DNA of 62,481 bases, filler included. It is 11 parts of 11 records of this genome, joined end to end, with 100 filler letters (N's around TTAATTAATTAA, not from the genome) between each part and the next. Parts side by side here need not be neighbours in the genome. Positions count along the whole stretch, not along the records: positions 21,820 to 29,209 come from SRR7504441_8950; positions 29,310 to 32,797 come from SRR7504441_8958; positions 32,898 to 38,165 come from SRR7504441_8959; 8 more parts are not named here. One strand, given 5' to 3'. A program made the translations under genes and the position numbers. Shown here piece by piece: positions 22,899 to 35,693 of the stretch. The first letter of the stretch is position 1. Each line of letters opens with the position of its first letter. The notes below the pieces were generated by a model. It was not told the DNA's origin and did no database searches. It saw only the letters and a program-made list of their open reading frames with translations.

Positions 22899-23203
22899 TG
22901 TCACGCATGATCACTTATTTGTCTGGACACACATTGCATTCAATTTACTTGTGAGCACTAAATTTACTTAATCGACCCTTGCTATTGGCGTCGTTCTTAA
23001 TTGATCAGGATTCATTAAATTTAAGGTAAACTTTACCTCATTTATTCATTTAGTACCGGCTAATAAGTGCGGCCCCCCCTTAGGTTCTAAATAGTTCTAA
23101 AGCTCGCCACTGGTCAAGGTTATCATCGAGCACCGGCGGCTTTTGTTCCCGCCACGCGCACCCTCTCAGGATACCCCATCTCTGCCCCCCATTCAGCACC
23201 GGG

Positions 23204-24283
23204 TCAGCGGGGCTGGGCACCAGTATGTGCGCCATGCCGCTGCACCTGCGCAGTCCACTCACACCCGTGTTGAGGTGGCATCCCGAGCCCATGGCCCTGC
23301 GGAGGCCCTTCGTGTGTCAGGCCCGAAAAAGCGAAATGACTCTTAGTCTCTGGCCCGAACGCGCCTGCGTAGCCCGCCGAGCGCGAAGCCCGGGCGTGCG
23401 ACACTGGCGAGTTGACGCTGTGGTTGTGCGGCCGGAGCTTGGGCCGTCCAGACACTCCATCGGATGGTCCGACCTCTCGCTTAGCCGGCGGAATCGGCGC
23501 TGTCGGCATCCTGCAGCCGACAGAACCGTCGGAGTTCTTGGGGAAGCGGGCCTTGGTGGGTGACGAGCACTTGGGGGCACCCTCCACCCAGGCATAGCAC
23601 GCCTCGAGCACACCTCTTTCAGGATTCACCTGCCGTCACTGTCGACACGCGCGCTGGCAGCCGGATCACCATTTTCTTCTTATTGAAGTCGCCGAGCGCG
23701 GTGCTCCACTTTGTGTCGCGCTGCTCGGCCGGCAGCAGGTAGCTGAGTCCCATCCGCTCGGCGGCCATCGCGGGCGTCTCCAGGTGCCAATTTTGAACCG
23801 CAGGATCGGCCCCTTTGCCTAGAAGGTGCTGCACCACATCCACGCGGCGGTGCCGGAAGGCCACGTGCAGCAGCGTGTCCAGCTCCTCCACCCCGGGCGA
23901 CCTGTGCTCGTCCAGCACCCGGCCGTTGATCTCTCCGCCCAGCGCGCAGTACCGCAGCAGTGCCGAGGCCACCTCAGCCAGCGAGCCCTCCTGCGACCGG
24001 CGGTGAGCGGCGGGGCGGGGCTGCGGGTGCCTTGATCAGGTGGAGCAGCTGCTTGGGGGACGGGGCGCTCCAAGTGTCGGTCGGCTGGATTGGGCACTGC
24101 AGACGGCTAGGCGGCACAGAATGCACCTGGGCCCGTGTGAGCCGCGGCGCGCTGGGCGGGCGGGGCCTTGGCGTACGGATCCCACTCGCAGGCCCGCTTG
24201 TTGTTGTCCCAGTAGTACTCGCTCCAGTACTGCCGGGCCATCTTGCTCGACGGCGCGCTGATTGTGGGCGCGAAGCTGGACAT
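23204..24283 (-). CDS. Ankyrin-repeat protein (spliced)
   Basis: DTLLHVAFRHRRVDVVQHLLGKGADPAVQNWHLETP; ~40-nt introns link ORFs 24107, 23619 and 23204; the 3' end may extend further. Confidence 0.65.
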
Positions 24284-24372
24284 CGTCCTGAGCACGCACT
24301 GTAACGGCTTTTGTATTTTGCTTCCGGATCGCGATTCCAGTTCACTTGCATGGAAAAGGCGTCGTCGGGCTG

Positions 24373-25044
24373 ATGGGGCACGTCGGGTTGTACCACCACG
24401 GGGCCCACACGGCCACCGACGTGATCATCGTGTCGGCCCGCCAGCGGCGCGACGAGTTTTACCAACTGAAGCAGGCCGCGGAGGCCGGCGACCTCAAACT
24501 GGTGGCCGATCTGGTCAAGCGCGGCAAAGTGGCCAACAAGCGCTGCCCCAAGGGGTGCACCGTGCTCTTCTACACTACGCTCAAGGCGGGGGAGCCGCCA
24601 TTTAGGGACCGATGCATCGAGGTCATCCGGCTGCTCCTCCCGGCAATGGAGCCGGCGGCCATCAACGCGCCCGGGCTGTGCGACAACACTCCGCTGCACC
24701 TTGCCGCCGACTTGAACTTGCCGGAGCTGGTTGAGCTGCTGCTCCTGCACGCCACCGCCGACACGCTGGGCGCCCCGGACGAGGATGGGTGCACCCCTCT
24801 CATTCTGGCCGCCCGGTCGGGGCACCTCGGCGTAGTCAAGACGCTGCTCCGTCACATGACTGCGGATCAGATCGACTATGCCGCCCAGGGGAGCAACGCG
24901 GTGGCCTGGGCCGAGAAGGATCAGCACCTGGCCATCTCCGATGCCATACAGCAGAGACGCAAGGCCATGAGCGAGCCTGCCAAGATCCCAGCCGCAGCCC
25001 CGACTGCACAGGCCGCCCCCCCTCCTGCTGTGGCACTGGTCTGA
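24373..25044 (+). CDS. Ankyrin-repeat protein
   Basis: NTPLHLAA and GCTPLILAARSGHLGVVKTLL repeats. Confidence 0.85.
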   Translation: MGHVGLYHHGAHTATDVIIVSARQRRDEFYQLKQAAEAGDLKLVADLVKRGKVANKRCPKGCTVLFYTTLKAGEPPFRDRCIEVIRLLLPAMEPAAINAPGLCDNTPLHLAADLNLPELVELLLLHATADTLGAPDEDGCTPLILAARSGHLGVVKTLLRHMTADQIDYAAQGSNAVAWAEKDQHLAISDAIQQRRKAMSEPAKIPAAAPTAQAAPPPAVALV

Positions 25045-25443
25045 GCAGCCGCGGACGGGCGGCGCCAGGCCGCGACCGCGAAGACATGTGCGATTGGCTT
25101 GTTGGTTGGTGGCACCTGAATGGCACCCGGGAGACAAAGTACGTTAGTACGAGTACTGAGTAGCGTAGTAGGAGGTCGTGCTGACGTGTTGACGTCTGAA
25201 TGCATGTATAAAAGAATGACCTTGCTGACTAAGAGAGCAGTCTAGTTATCGCCGGCCGTGATGCCACCCGCACATATCGTTTAGTTCGTATGCTTCTCTC
25301 CTGGCTCCGAAGCGATCTGAAATCGAGGCCTGTTCAGTCCTGTTCCAAAGAAAGAAAACAAAGGCACAAAAAGATGTCCGAGAGAGCTGTCGGGAGACCC
25401 GAGTAGTGGGTCCGGGACCCCAGCTGTGCGGGGAGGCTAGACG

Positions 25444-26050
25444 ATGGAGGGGCTGCCGGAGCCGGAGCCAGAGCCGCTGCTATTCGAGCTGATCTGCCAG
25501 TCCGCCCCGGCGGTGGAGCATCCCGAGATCAAGCGGTTGCTCGGGCCCAAGCTGGTGGACGAGAACGCCGATCTGGCCAACGAGGTGGCCACTCTGGGGG
25601 AGATCCTGGCCGACTACCAGGCCGAGACCAGCCAGATCAAGGAGCACAAGGCCAAGAGCCAGGCCCTGCTCCAGCCCGACCGACAGAGGCTGCTCGCCAA
25701 TATTCAATTCTTTGTGCCAAACTGGCGGCCCGGCGCTCAGCCGGCGGCAGGTCGAGAGCATCCAGCAGCAACACAGCCGCCCCGGCCGGCCCAGGAGCAC
25801 TCCAGAGGCGCTGCTCCAGTGCGTCACCCCGCGCGAGCGGCAGGCGCGGCCCAAGCCACAACAGCCGTCGGCCCCGAGGCAGAACAGCACTTCGCCTAGG
25901 GCTCGGAGCAAGGTGCCGGCTGCCGGGGTCGGAGTCACGCCGGGCCAGGTCAAGAACCCCGGCCATTCAAAGAAAGTGGGGTCGAGCTCCGCACTCGTGC
26001 TGGATTGTAGCCAAGTTAGTAATGTAATCCCAGTAGACGGACTTAAATAA
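25444..26050 (+). CDS. CCDC24-like protein (N-terminal similarity only)
   Basis: EHPEIKRLLGPKLVDENADLANEVATLGEIL resembles the CCDC24 N-terminus; GT-AG intron after IQFF. Confidence 0.55.
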
Positions 26051-26124
26051 ACTAACTATAAGCAAAAATGTCGTGCCATGTCGTGTGCTAGTTGCATGAG
26101 CAGAGTCATTTTATTGATGTCTTT

Positions 26125-28324
26125 TTATTTTCTCATCACACACGGACTCCGGGGAGTCTCTGCGTCGTGCTCTAGGTCTACAGGATATGGTTCGTCGGCC
26201 AGGTTCTGCTCGTCCTCGGGCAGAGCCATGAACGCTTGATACTCTTCGCTTACGGGCCACGCACTGGCCGGGCTGTTTGGCAGCTGCGGGTCCGTCAGAG
26301 CTAGCTCCGCCGTTATCCGCGCCAAGTCGTCTTCCAGCATCGACCCAGGAGTGTCTGCTGAGATCCGCGCCAAATCCTCGTCCAGATCCGCGCTAGCCGG
26401 CCGTTGCTTCTGCTCCCACAGCTCTAGCGCGGCTTCCATCTCGTCTTGCGTTTGGTCCGGGTGGTTGCAGCCTTCCAGCAGCTGATCTGGACTGCCTCCC
26501 TGGTGCAGCCAGCGGCAGAGCTCCCCCAGAGAGTTCTGTCCTAGCACCCCATCTAAAACCATCAGCTCCGCCGCCTGGGTGGTAACTGCCGTCAATTGCT
26601 CCTGCCCAGCCGGTCAGCATCCATCTCCTGCCCAGCAGCTCACTTGCACCGGCGCCGAGAAGTCGAAAGGCTCATCCAGCTGGCGCCGTTGCACTCTCAT
26701 CAGACGGAGGATGCCAAAAGAGGACTGCTCCGTGCTGATCGACCGGCGCAAGTCGTGACTGGTCCGCCCAGCCAGCTCCATCGTGTCGCTCGCCACCTGC
26801 CGCCGGGCTGGCCCGATTGTGCGGTGGAGCGGGACCTGCACTTCTATCGAGGCTTCCAGGTGCCGAGTCCAGCTTCGGGGCTCACCACTCATCGAGTGTG
26901 GCCCAAACAGCTCGAATACCATGGCAGTCTCGCCCACCATCCCGCCCTCAATGTCCGTCAGTCTAATCGGATCGCACTCGGGTAATCCTCTCAACTCTGC
27001 CAGTGGCTCGCCACGCCCCTCGGAGTCGAAACAGAAGAGCGCCGTGAGCAGGAAATACAAGTCTGTCCCGAGCCTGGTACGAGCCTGGCCCAAGCTCGGG
27101 CTAAGGCTCCGGCAGGCGCACCGCGTGGCAGAGCGTTTTGAGAGCATCCTCCGAGGCCTCTTCAGCCGCCTCCACCCCGGCTTGCTGCGTAAGGAACACC
27201 TGGCCCCGAGCTTCAATGGCACCCTCCAGCTCTAAGCATGACTATAGCTGATATAGCCAGTCGTATATGCTGTTGCCTTTTCGAGCCCGTCGGCCACCCG
27301 TTGGGCCCGCTCGGCGTTCAGCTGTATCCCCGCCCGCCGCCATCGGGCACGGGGGCCTCGCCCGCCCAGCTCGGCCGCCTTCTGGTGCAGTGCCCACGCC
27401 TTCTGTTGCGTCTTGTGCAGCAGCGCCTCCCCGAACTGCCTGTTGGCGGCCCTGGCCTGCTGCCGCCGGTTGTACACCGGGAGCACATCCCGCTCGAGCA
27501 TTCTCAGCCCCGCCGAGCTGCCCTCCGGTAAGGCCCTAGTTTCGCCAGGATGTACCGGAGCTGCCGCAGTTGCATGATGGTCACCCGGCCGGCGCTCGGG
27601 TTGAACGGCAGCTTGTTGGCCCCAATGAGAGCCCGGACCAGCCGCCTTCCCTGCACAGGCACTCAGAGCATACGGGTGAGCCGCCAACCTGAAGGTCGTG
27701 ATGCCACGAAGCCAGGAACTTGTGCTGCCACTCCTGCTTGCCGGCCGCGGCCATCCGCTCGTACACGAATGATATCCGGACGAACTGGGCCGCATCCACC
27801 AGCACCTTGTGTTCGCCGCTGGCCTCCTGGTCCGCGGCCGCCGAGATAAACTCTACGGCAGCCACATCGTCCACCAAGATCCCGGCAACCTGCTTGGCCG
27901 CCGACAGCCGCTCGGTGTGCAGCGTGCCGTCCTCGTCCACCTGCGGGCCGAGTCACGCTCGGGGCTGGCCGGGTTGGACCAGGGCAACAGGACGGCCGTT
28001 GTACACAAGGTGGTCCCTCTGGAAGTCCTTGGTAACCGACTCGATTGGGGCGGCCACCGACAGCGAGCCGTCCACTTGGGGCAGCCAGGCGCGCAACGCC
28101 TCGACCTCGGCGATCACCCGCTGGCCGAGCGGTAGCCGTTGATCCAGCGAGTCCACGTACGCGGCCTCGATCTGAGACTCGCGCAGCGCCCGGTGGAGCG
28201 AGGCCAGGGCGGCGGCCTGCTGCTCCGGGCCGGTGCCCCGGGTCTGCTGCCGGGCCTCGTGCACGTCCCAGTCCGGCAGCTCCCGCACGTCGTCCGTCTC
28301 CCCGCAACTAGCAATGCCCCCCAT
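26125..28324 (-). CDS. Hypothetical multi-exon protein with a possible N-acylation signal (MGGIASC)
   Basis: Consecutive minus-strand ORFs (27953, 27581, 27232, 26614, 26125) separated by intron-like gaps of about 40 nt. Confidence 0.5.
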
Positions 28325-28387
28325 CGCTTGCTGCCGGTGCCGAAGTCGGTTACTTGTTGTCCGCGGTCACAAAGACTCAGAATAGAC

Positions 28388-29209
28388 ATGGCACCCCCAG
28401 CCGAGAGTGCCGAGGTCGAGCCGCCGCCCAGCCCGCTCGAGGAGGAGGCGCTGGCTGCCCCGGAGCTGGAGGCCGAGCCGGCCGGTCTGTCCATCGTGGA
28501 CTGGCACGCCCGGCAGCAACGGTCGCTCTCCCGGCGAGCTGCAGCGGCCCGCTACGGCGAGAAGCACCAGCTCACCCAACTCTTCGGCCGACTGGCCAAG
28601 GAACTGGCAGCCGCCAACCCGGGGGACCCTGCGGCCTTCCTCCGCCGCCGGCTGCAGCGGGCGGGCTCCCTGGCCGAGATCGCTCAGTGCACAGACCCGC
28701 CGGCCAAGCCGGTGCTCATAGACTCGATCCTCTCGGACAGCGAGGCAAGGTACTGGGTGGAGGCACTCCCGGAGGTCTGGAAGGCCAAGTGTGCGCTGCC
28801 GTACACCGACGAGGAAATCGCCGAGGCGGCAGCCGCGTGCAACTGCAGCGCGGCGCCGCCCGACCGGAAGCCCAAGCTGATCTTCCAGTTGGGGGCGGCG
28901 GGCACGGGCAAGAGCACCCGAATGGCAGACTGCTACGAGACGTTGGGGGTGACGCCGGGCTCGCTGGTGGTCGCCGATGGCGACAATGTGCGCGAGGCGC
29001 ACAAGGTGCCTCCGTGTGGGCGGACACCGTGCTGAGCGAGCGGGGCAGGGCGTGAGCGAGGCGTTTGCGCTGACCAAGAAGACGCTGATCGAGGGGATGA
29101 AGGCGGCCGAGTCGCCTGAGCTGGAGCAGTACAGCAAGGAGCTCGAGCCGTTTGTCGACGAGCACCCGGTCGGGTTCAAGGACTCGGAGCACTGGTGCTA
29201 CAACAACTC
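28388..29209 (+). CDS. Dpy-30/RIIa docking domain fused to a zeta-toxin-like P-loop kinase, 3'-truncated
   Basis: HQLTQLFGRLAKELAAANPGDPAAFL; KPKLIFQLGAAGTGKST; VVADGDNVREAH. Confidence 0.65.
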
Positions 29210-29309
29210 NNNNNNNNNNNNNNNNNNNNNNNNNNNNNNNNNNNNNNNNNNNNTTAATTAATTAANNNNNNNNNNNNNNNNNNNNNNNNNNNNNNNNNNN
29301 NNNNNNNNN

Positions 29310-29338
29310 CCATGCTCTACCAATTGAGCTACATTGAG
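29310..29338 (-). tRNA. 5' part of a tRNA cut by the contig end (C1 suggests tRNA-Tyr; anticodon not visible)
   Basis: Reverse complement CTCAATG TA GCTCAATTGGTAGAGC ATGG = acceptor 5' strand, D-arm and A-box. Confidence 0.75.
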
Positions 29339-29411
29339 AATCGCTCTGAGCAGTCGTGCTGTATTGTTGTCCCTATACCACTCGGTCCGGGTCGTGCCGC
29401 CCGAATCGCAA

Positions 29412-30277
29412 ATGGCTCCTTATGCTCCGCGGCAGTGGCAGAAGCGCCAGGAATCCTCCACGGCCGAGTCGTGGTACAAGGGACTGCCGCCGACCACCCA
29501 GCTTTGGATCACCTGCCTGGTGATGCTGGCCGTGGCCCGATACGTCGGCGGGGTGAGCATTGCTGTCCTGGGCTTCTCCTTCGACCAGGTGTACAGCCAG
29601 TTTGAGGTCAGGCTCGGCTCGGCCCGCGGCTCAGCGGCCCGGCCTAGGTTTGGCGCCCGTTCACCGCGCTGGCGATGCTTCACCCGCACCCGCTTCTCGC
29701 GGCGGCCAGCGGCTGGATTGTGTGAGTGCTCGGGGGCGGCTGGGGCGAACTGGCCGCAGGGTGGCCTACGCTACGCCGCTCGAGCAGGAGGCCGGGCACC
29801 TGGCCGACTTCGCGTACGAGATGGCGATGGGCGCGCTGGTGCTGCTGGCGGCGGCTAGCCAGATGGAGCTCACGGTGCTCGGGGACGGGATGGCGTTCTA
29901 CGCGCTCGGGTGCTGGGGCGCCAAGCACCGGGGCGAGTGGGTCCCGCTGTTCTGGGCAATCCCGGTGCCGGCCTGGCTGTTCCCGATGTTTGTGGCTACG
30001 CTCTACTATTGCCTGGCCGACCAGATTCCGATTGCAGAGGTGCGCCCGCTGCGAGCAGCTGCTGTTACTGGCTCCAGGTCACTGGTCTTGCGATCGGATT
30101 CTTGCTGGATGGGCTTCGTCGGTCGTTTCTTGCTGCTCTGGTGGGCGCTGGCTGGCAGGCCGCCGTGCTTACCGGCCTGTGCAGCTGCAGACTCCAAGGG
30201 TGTTCAAGGATTTGTTCCCAGAGAGACACGTCCAGCCAAGGGTGGAGCGATGGGGTCGAGGAAGTCGACTCGAATAA
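29412..30277 (+). CDS. Derlin (Der1-like ERAD membrane protein)
   Basis: WYKGLPPTT, FEVWRPFT after splicing, LADFAY, IPVPAWLFP and C-terminal WGRGSRL. Confidence 0.8.
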
Positions 30278-30498
30278 TGGCAGCTGGAGCTAACTGGCGA
30301 AGCCAAATATGGCATGGCTCCACACAAGACATGCAACATTGATTCCAAGGCTTGTTTCGAGACCGGCCTAGTACATGATTAATTTTAATTTACTCCGGTC
30401 AACAAATGACTTCAGTTAGGTCGTACAAAGGTCGCCGCCTTGGAACTTGTTAGATGTACGTAAATTGATTGGTTTTATTGATTCGATCAAGCATATAC

Positions 30499-31901
30499 TT
30501 AGTCATCTGGAGCTTCTCCCTTTTCAAATGCTAGCTTCTCTTTGATCTTTGCTTTGTTCTCTCGCCTAATTCTTTGGATTTTATCGTGCTCACTCTCATT
30601 CTTTGCTTGCTCAATTAATTTTTGCTGCTCGTTCTCCTTACATTTAGCTTCAAGTTGGGCTTGCGGTCGAACCTTACCCCAGTAAATGAGATTGGCTACG
30701 ATAATGATAAAAAATGCCAATGCACCAATGATGTAGAATATCCGATCGCCGGAGATGATGTCCATCAATCCTGGCGGCAACGCTGATTGGAATGTGACAT
30801 ATGCCTGACCCACTCCAACATCATTGACAGCCCAAATGTTCAGCAAGTATGTCATTGTCTGATCAATTTGCCATGTGAGCTCGTATTCTGAGGCACCCTC
30901 TGCCAAACCACTTGCTCTACCCTCGTTGCAAGACTCTCCCCTTACATACAGATGGTTCCGTTCGCAGTGCTTGAGATATTTGCAGCAGTAGTTATCATGA
31001 GTCAAAACATCCACGACGTAGTAGTCGTACTCGCCCTTGTCAAGGATTCTGCACAACAAGCTCAGGCAACAATTGGCGGAAGGCATGGCCACCTGCCCTC
31101 AAAATACTCCACCGCTTTAAGATCGCGCATACAGTGTGGGGCACAGGTGCTGACGTCCGTATTGCAATTTGCACATGGGTTTTCTGCTGGCGTATTGCAC
31201 TGCCATGCCACTGGTGACTGGGTGACAATCCAGTTGGTTTCAGAGGTGTTCACAGACTGCGCACCGAGTGTGTACCCCTGCCTGTACGTGGACCTGGTGC
31301 AAGAGAAGTTGGAGGGTTGATCTAGATTCTTCGTTAGGCAATACTGCGGTGGACACGTGCATGAAGCTGTGCATGCAATGTCTGTCGTGGTGGTGATAGG
31401 TATGCCGGACACGTATATAGTAGTGCTGACCGTGCAGGTGCCGCTGTTGTTGGCCGAGTTGGCGAACGGCGAGTTGCTCATATCCGCATTCCACGCGTGG
31501 TACATCAGGTCAGTCCCGTCCGTCCGAGTGCAGCTGGCATTGATGTATTGGTTGCTGTCCTCGTTGTACGGCAGCCCTTCCCCTGTTCCGAGTCCCGCCG
31601 AGCCGTGCATGGCAGTCTCATGGGTGCGGTTGACCCAGACCACGCTCTCGTTGCTCAGAGCTTCGGGGGTGCCCGGGGCCGTGGCCACCGGCACGGGTGG
31701 CGGGGTGCCGTGAGCCGGCAGCACGCTCCAGTGGGCGGGGTCCTCGTAAAGCCTGATATCGCAGTTGGATTGGTCCTCCGTGCAAGCGGCGATGAGCTGG
31801 GCGTCCGAAGGCGTCGGGGCCGGGGTCTGTGCGCCAGCAGGCCCAGCCACCAGAACCAGCCAGAGCCCGGCGACCAACACCCGCCTCGTCAGGCCCCCCA
31901 T
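30499..31901 (-). CDS. Type I membrane protein with signal peptide, Cys-rich ectodomain and FN3-like segment
   Basis: Signal peptide; TYLLNIWAVNDVGVG; transmembrane segment IFYIIGALAFFIIIVANLIYW; one GT-AG intron near 31052-31093. Confidence 0.7.
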
Positions 31902-32002
31902 GGCAGCACTGCACTTGGCGATATCACGACTGGACAGCTGCAGCTGCGGGCAACGGCAACGGAAAAGAACGGAAAACGGTCATCACCGGCAGGTGGAGGG
32001 AC

Positions 32003-32797
32003 ATGTCGGTCGCTATCATCTCGGCCGCGATCGAGGCGGCCCCGCTCTCGCCGGCGGAGATAGACCAGCTGATCAGCTTGCTCCATGGCAAGCGCGGTCC
32101 CAAGTCAAAGCAGATGATGATCAAGTCCGGCTCGAGCCCGCGGGGCGAGCTCCTGGCGCTTAGCAAGGCGGACAAGATGGACGACCGGATGCGGAACAAC
32201 CTGAGCCACGTGTACGGGCGGAACCGGCAGCTGTTGATGGAGGCCGAGACGATCATCCTGTGGGCGGCGCTCCACCACACCCACTTCCATCTGACCAACA
32301 ACTTTTGCTATTGGCGGGCGAGGTGCAACGGCGACATGCTCCGCGAGATGCTCGGGATGCGCGCCGTGCTCCACTGGCGGATGGGCGCGGTGGCCAAGGC
32401 GTTCAACACCTGGCAGTACGTGGCCGAGGCCATCGCCATGCAGAAGCGGGCCATGCTGGGCGCGCTGGGCCGCATGAAGAACCCTAAGCTGACCGCGGCC
32501 TTCAACACCTGGCGGGAGGTAGCTGAGAGCCTCAAGCTCCAGCAGGCGGCGCTGCGCAAGGCGTTGCTCCGGCTGATCCATCGCCGGCTGGCCATGGCCT
32601 GGGGGCAGTGGGTGTACTCGCATCAAGAGCAGAAGCGCCAGATGGTGCTGCTCCGGCGAGGCCTGATGCGGATGATCAAGGCCAAGCTGGCACGGGCCAT
32701 GAACCAGTGGCGGATTGTGGCGCAGGAGCTCAAGCAGCAGCGGCGGCTCGCCAGCGGCGCCATCAAACGCATGCTCAACCGGAAGCTGTCCATGGCC
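32003..32797 (+). CDS. Sfi1-repeat (centrin-binding-like) protein, 3'-truncated
   Basis: Periodic AKAFNTWQ / TAAFNTWR / AMAWGQWV / ARAMNQWR motifs. Confidence 0.7.
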
Positions 32798-33465
32798 NNN
32801 NNNNNNNNNNNNNNNNNNNNNNNNNNNNNNNNNNNNNNNNNTTAATTAATTAANNNNNNNNNNNNNNNNNNNNNNNNNNNNNNNNNNNNNNNNNNNNACT
32901 CACTTCGATCGGCACTACACTCCTCACACGTGTGATCTGTCACTTCGCTTTCGATCGCCACCCCATTCTTCATCCTATCATCCACCTTCTTCGACCACTC
33001 AGCTTCGATTGGACTACAGCGCAGCAGACGGGTGCAGCCAGAACTCATGATCAAGCTGACGGCATGACGGCATGGATTCCACATCAGCCCATGATAAGCC
33101 CATGATCAGTCGACGTCCCCTTCTTGTACCGGCTTGCTATACCGGCTCTCAAACCGATCACGGACCAGACCATGATATGATAGTACATGACAGGACCATG
33201 AACCTACCATGAACCATAATTGAAAACTGCGAGAGCAGTGGCGAGAGCACTGATGTGCGCAGACAGTGCGCTCTATTTAGTACTATCTAGATGAATACTA
33301 AACATGCCGGATGTACGAATGTATCAGTCTAGAGTGCGTAAGGTTATATCAGTCTCAAGCTACATTCTCAGAGATATATACTAAAATGATTTTGACGACT
33401 TTCAATACGCAGAGCTTGAGCAATTGATGCAATCTCAAATCTCAATGACAATATTATCCGTGTAG

Positions 33466-35592
33466 CTAGTGCTTGGCTTGCTTAAGATGAGCCCACAGCC
33501 CGCTGTCCGACCGTTGCCGCTTCTTGCTCCGCCCTTGCCCTATCCGTTGCAAGTCCACCTGCCGCCCTGGCCTCAGGTCGCAGCCCGATCAGATGCTGCC
33601 TCGTCGTCTGGACTTATCATATCCCCCCGCACCATCAGCGCCGGCTCGCACTGGATCACTAACCCGAGCGCCGACACCGATCTGCCCCAGCATGAGCCCA
33701 GCCCGCCCCTGGCGCCGCACCTACTCAGCTTGCTCCCCCCTCTGAGCGCCGCCCGCAGCCGCAGATGCGCGAAAGCAAACGCCCGCCTGATCGCCTCCCA
33801 TCGGAACGAGGCGGCGCCCACGTCTCGGTCCGGGTTGTGCGGGTCCTCTAAACACAACCGGTCCGGCTTGTCTATATCTCTCCAGTGGCTCTTCGTCCGC
33901 TTTTGGAAGAAAAAGCCGCCGTTCCGAACAGATATCCCGACCTAATGGTCGAATCAGTGACTATTAGAAGGGCTGGAGGTGCCTGCTCGTAGTTGACTAG
34001 GTTGCCGTACGTCTGCAGGAACTCGAGAAGCGCCAGCCCCAGGCTCTGCTCAGCCGACTGCCGGAACCGGTCATGCCATGGCCAGGATTTTGACCGACCT
34101 CTCGGAAGCCTGCCCATCGTGGGTGCTGCTGCAGGTAAGAGACCACTAAGTTAGCCAGCACATAGCTCCCCACGCCGCCGGTGTACGTGTCGTCCAGCCC
34201 GCGCTGTTTGAGGAAGTATTTGAGCACTATCACCAGCGGCGGCATGGCGGGGAACTGCCGCACGTATCTGTGCATCATCTCCGTGTTCTCTATCCCCGAC
34301 GTCTCGTTGAACGCCACGTCGACCGCAATCTAACCACTCGATCAGCCGGGCCGGGCGGGCAGCGTCGCCTGGGTGGGCAGATCGACATACTTAATGATCG
34401 GTACGCGAGCCTTGTCTATCACTTGAATGTCCACCACCCAATCCATAAAATTCAACGCGTCCCCGAGAGCGTATATCACGCCCTCCTCGTTCGTCCCGGT
34501 CACAACCGTGTCAATATCAGACGAGAACAAGCTCAGCCCGGTCACGTGAGAGCCATAGATGTGCACCTGGGCGCCCTCCCATCGGCCCTGCACGTACGCC
34601 CGCAGCCGCGCAGCCGCTTGCTCGCGCATCGCTACCTCGGCAGCGGTTGGAGCAGTTAGCTTGCAGAACGCCACCACCTCGTCGTGCAGCGTCCGCTTGG
34701 TGTTCACCCGCCAGGAGGGCGACTCCATCAGCGACGCCCACGGCCAAGGACACGTATGCAGTTCGGCCTCCGCTTGCGCTCCTGCCTCTTCCTCTGCGCA
34801 CACTTCAGCGCTGCCAGCCAGCGGCTGGCACCCTCTTTCTCTGGCTCAGCCTGCGCGGCCGGCGCATCGAACGAGATAAAGTCATCTCCAAACAGCGCCC
34901 CGGCGCCTGTCGGCTTCGTGTCGGGCTGCTCCGCAGGCTGCCATTGGCTCGGTCCACCCTCGAAAAGCTCCTCTCTCTCAAGCGCATCCAGCCGCGCCTG
35001 CAGCGTGGGCCCGTCGTCCTCGCTGTCCGACCCCGGTGCCGCCTCCAGCTCCCCCATGCCAGCCGGCTCGGCAGCCACGGCCACCTGTCCGGCCGGCAGT
35101 CAGCCCTGGGCGAGCCGGGCGCCCAAACCGGGTCAGCTTTGTGCCCGGCCGTCGAGGGCTCCCACATGCCTTGCAGCTTTGTCCCCGGCTGTCCTGTCTG
35201 CCCACGCTCCACACATGCCTTGCAGTGGGCCTTCTTCCATCCCTTATTGGAGAAGCTTCGGCGTGTCAGCATCTGGAGGCACTGCCAGCATTCCTTCTCC
35301 GCATCCCAATCCTTGCCCTTCTGAGCATGCGGCTTGGTGCGCCCGCCCCCCAGCCCCGACTCGGCCCCGGCCTGCCACCAGGCCGCGATGGGCGGCCGAT
35401 CGGCCCAGGACGCACCTCCTCGTCCTGCTCCTCACCGTCGGCCTTCTCCTCAGCGCGGTTCTGCGCCCACTGCTTCCTCTCCTTGTTGCTCTGCCTGCTG
35501 GCTTTGTTCTTCTTGTTCGTGTTCTTCCTCGCCTCCTTCTTCCTCTGCGTCTTCTCCCGCCGCCGCAGCTCCGCGCTCTCAGATCGCGCCAT
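33466..35592 (-). CDS. Non-canonical poly(A) polymerase, TRF4/PAPD5 family
   Basis: LHDEVVAF, YGSHVTGLSLFSSDIDTVV, ARVPIIKY, LKYFLKQRGL, TGGVGSY and LEDPHNPDRDVGAASF; multiple short introns. Confidence 0.9.
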
Positions 35593-35693
35593 GATGCCAC
35601 GGGTTGCGCGTCGTGCGGAGGGCTGATCCGTTTGACTCGCCCCCCGATCCGTTAAAAACCCGGTGGGCGGTGCCACGGCGCAGCAGCAGGAGC

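Noticed and set aside
23974-25137. Long overlapping antisense ORFs here and elsewhere (e.g. 8166-9182, 34684-35655)
   Set aside because: Expected shadows of GC-rich coding sequence, with no recognisable motifs
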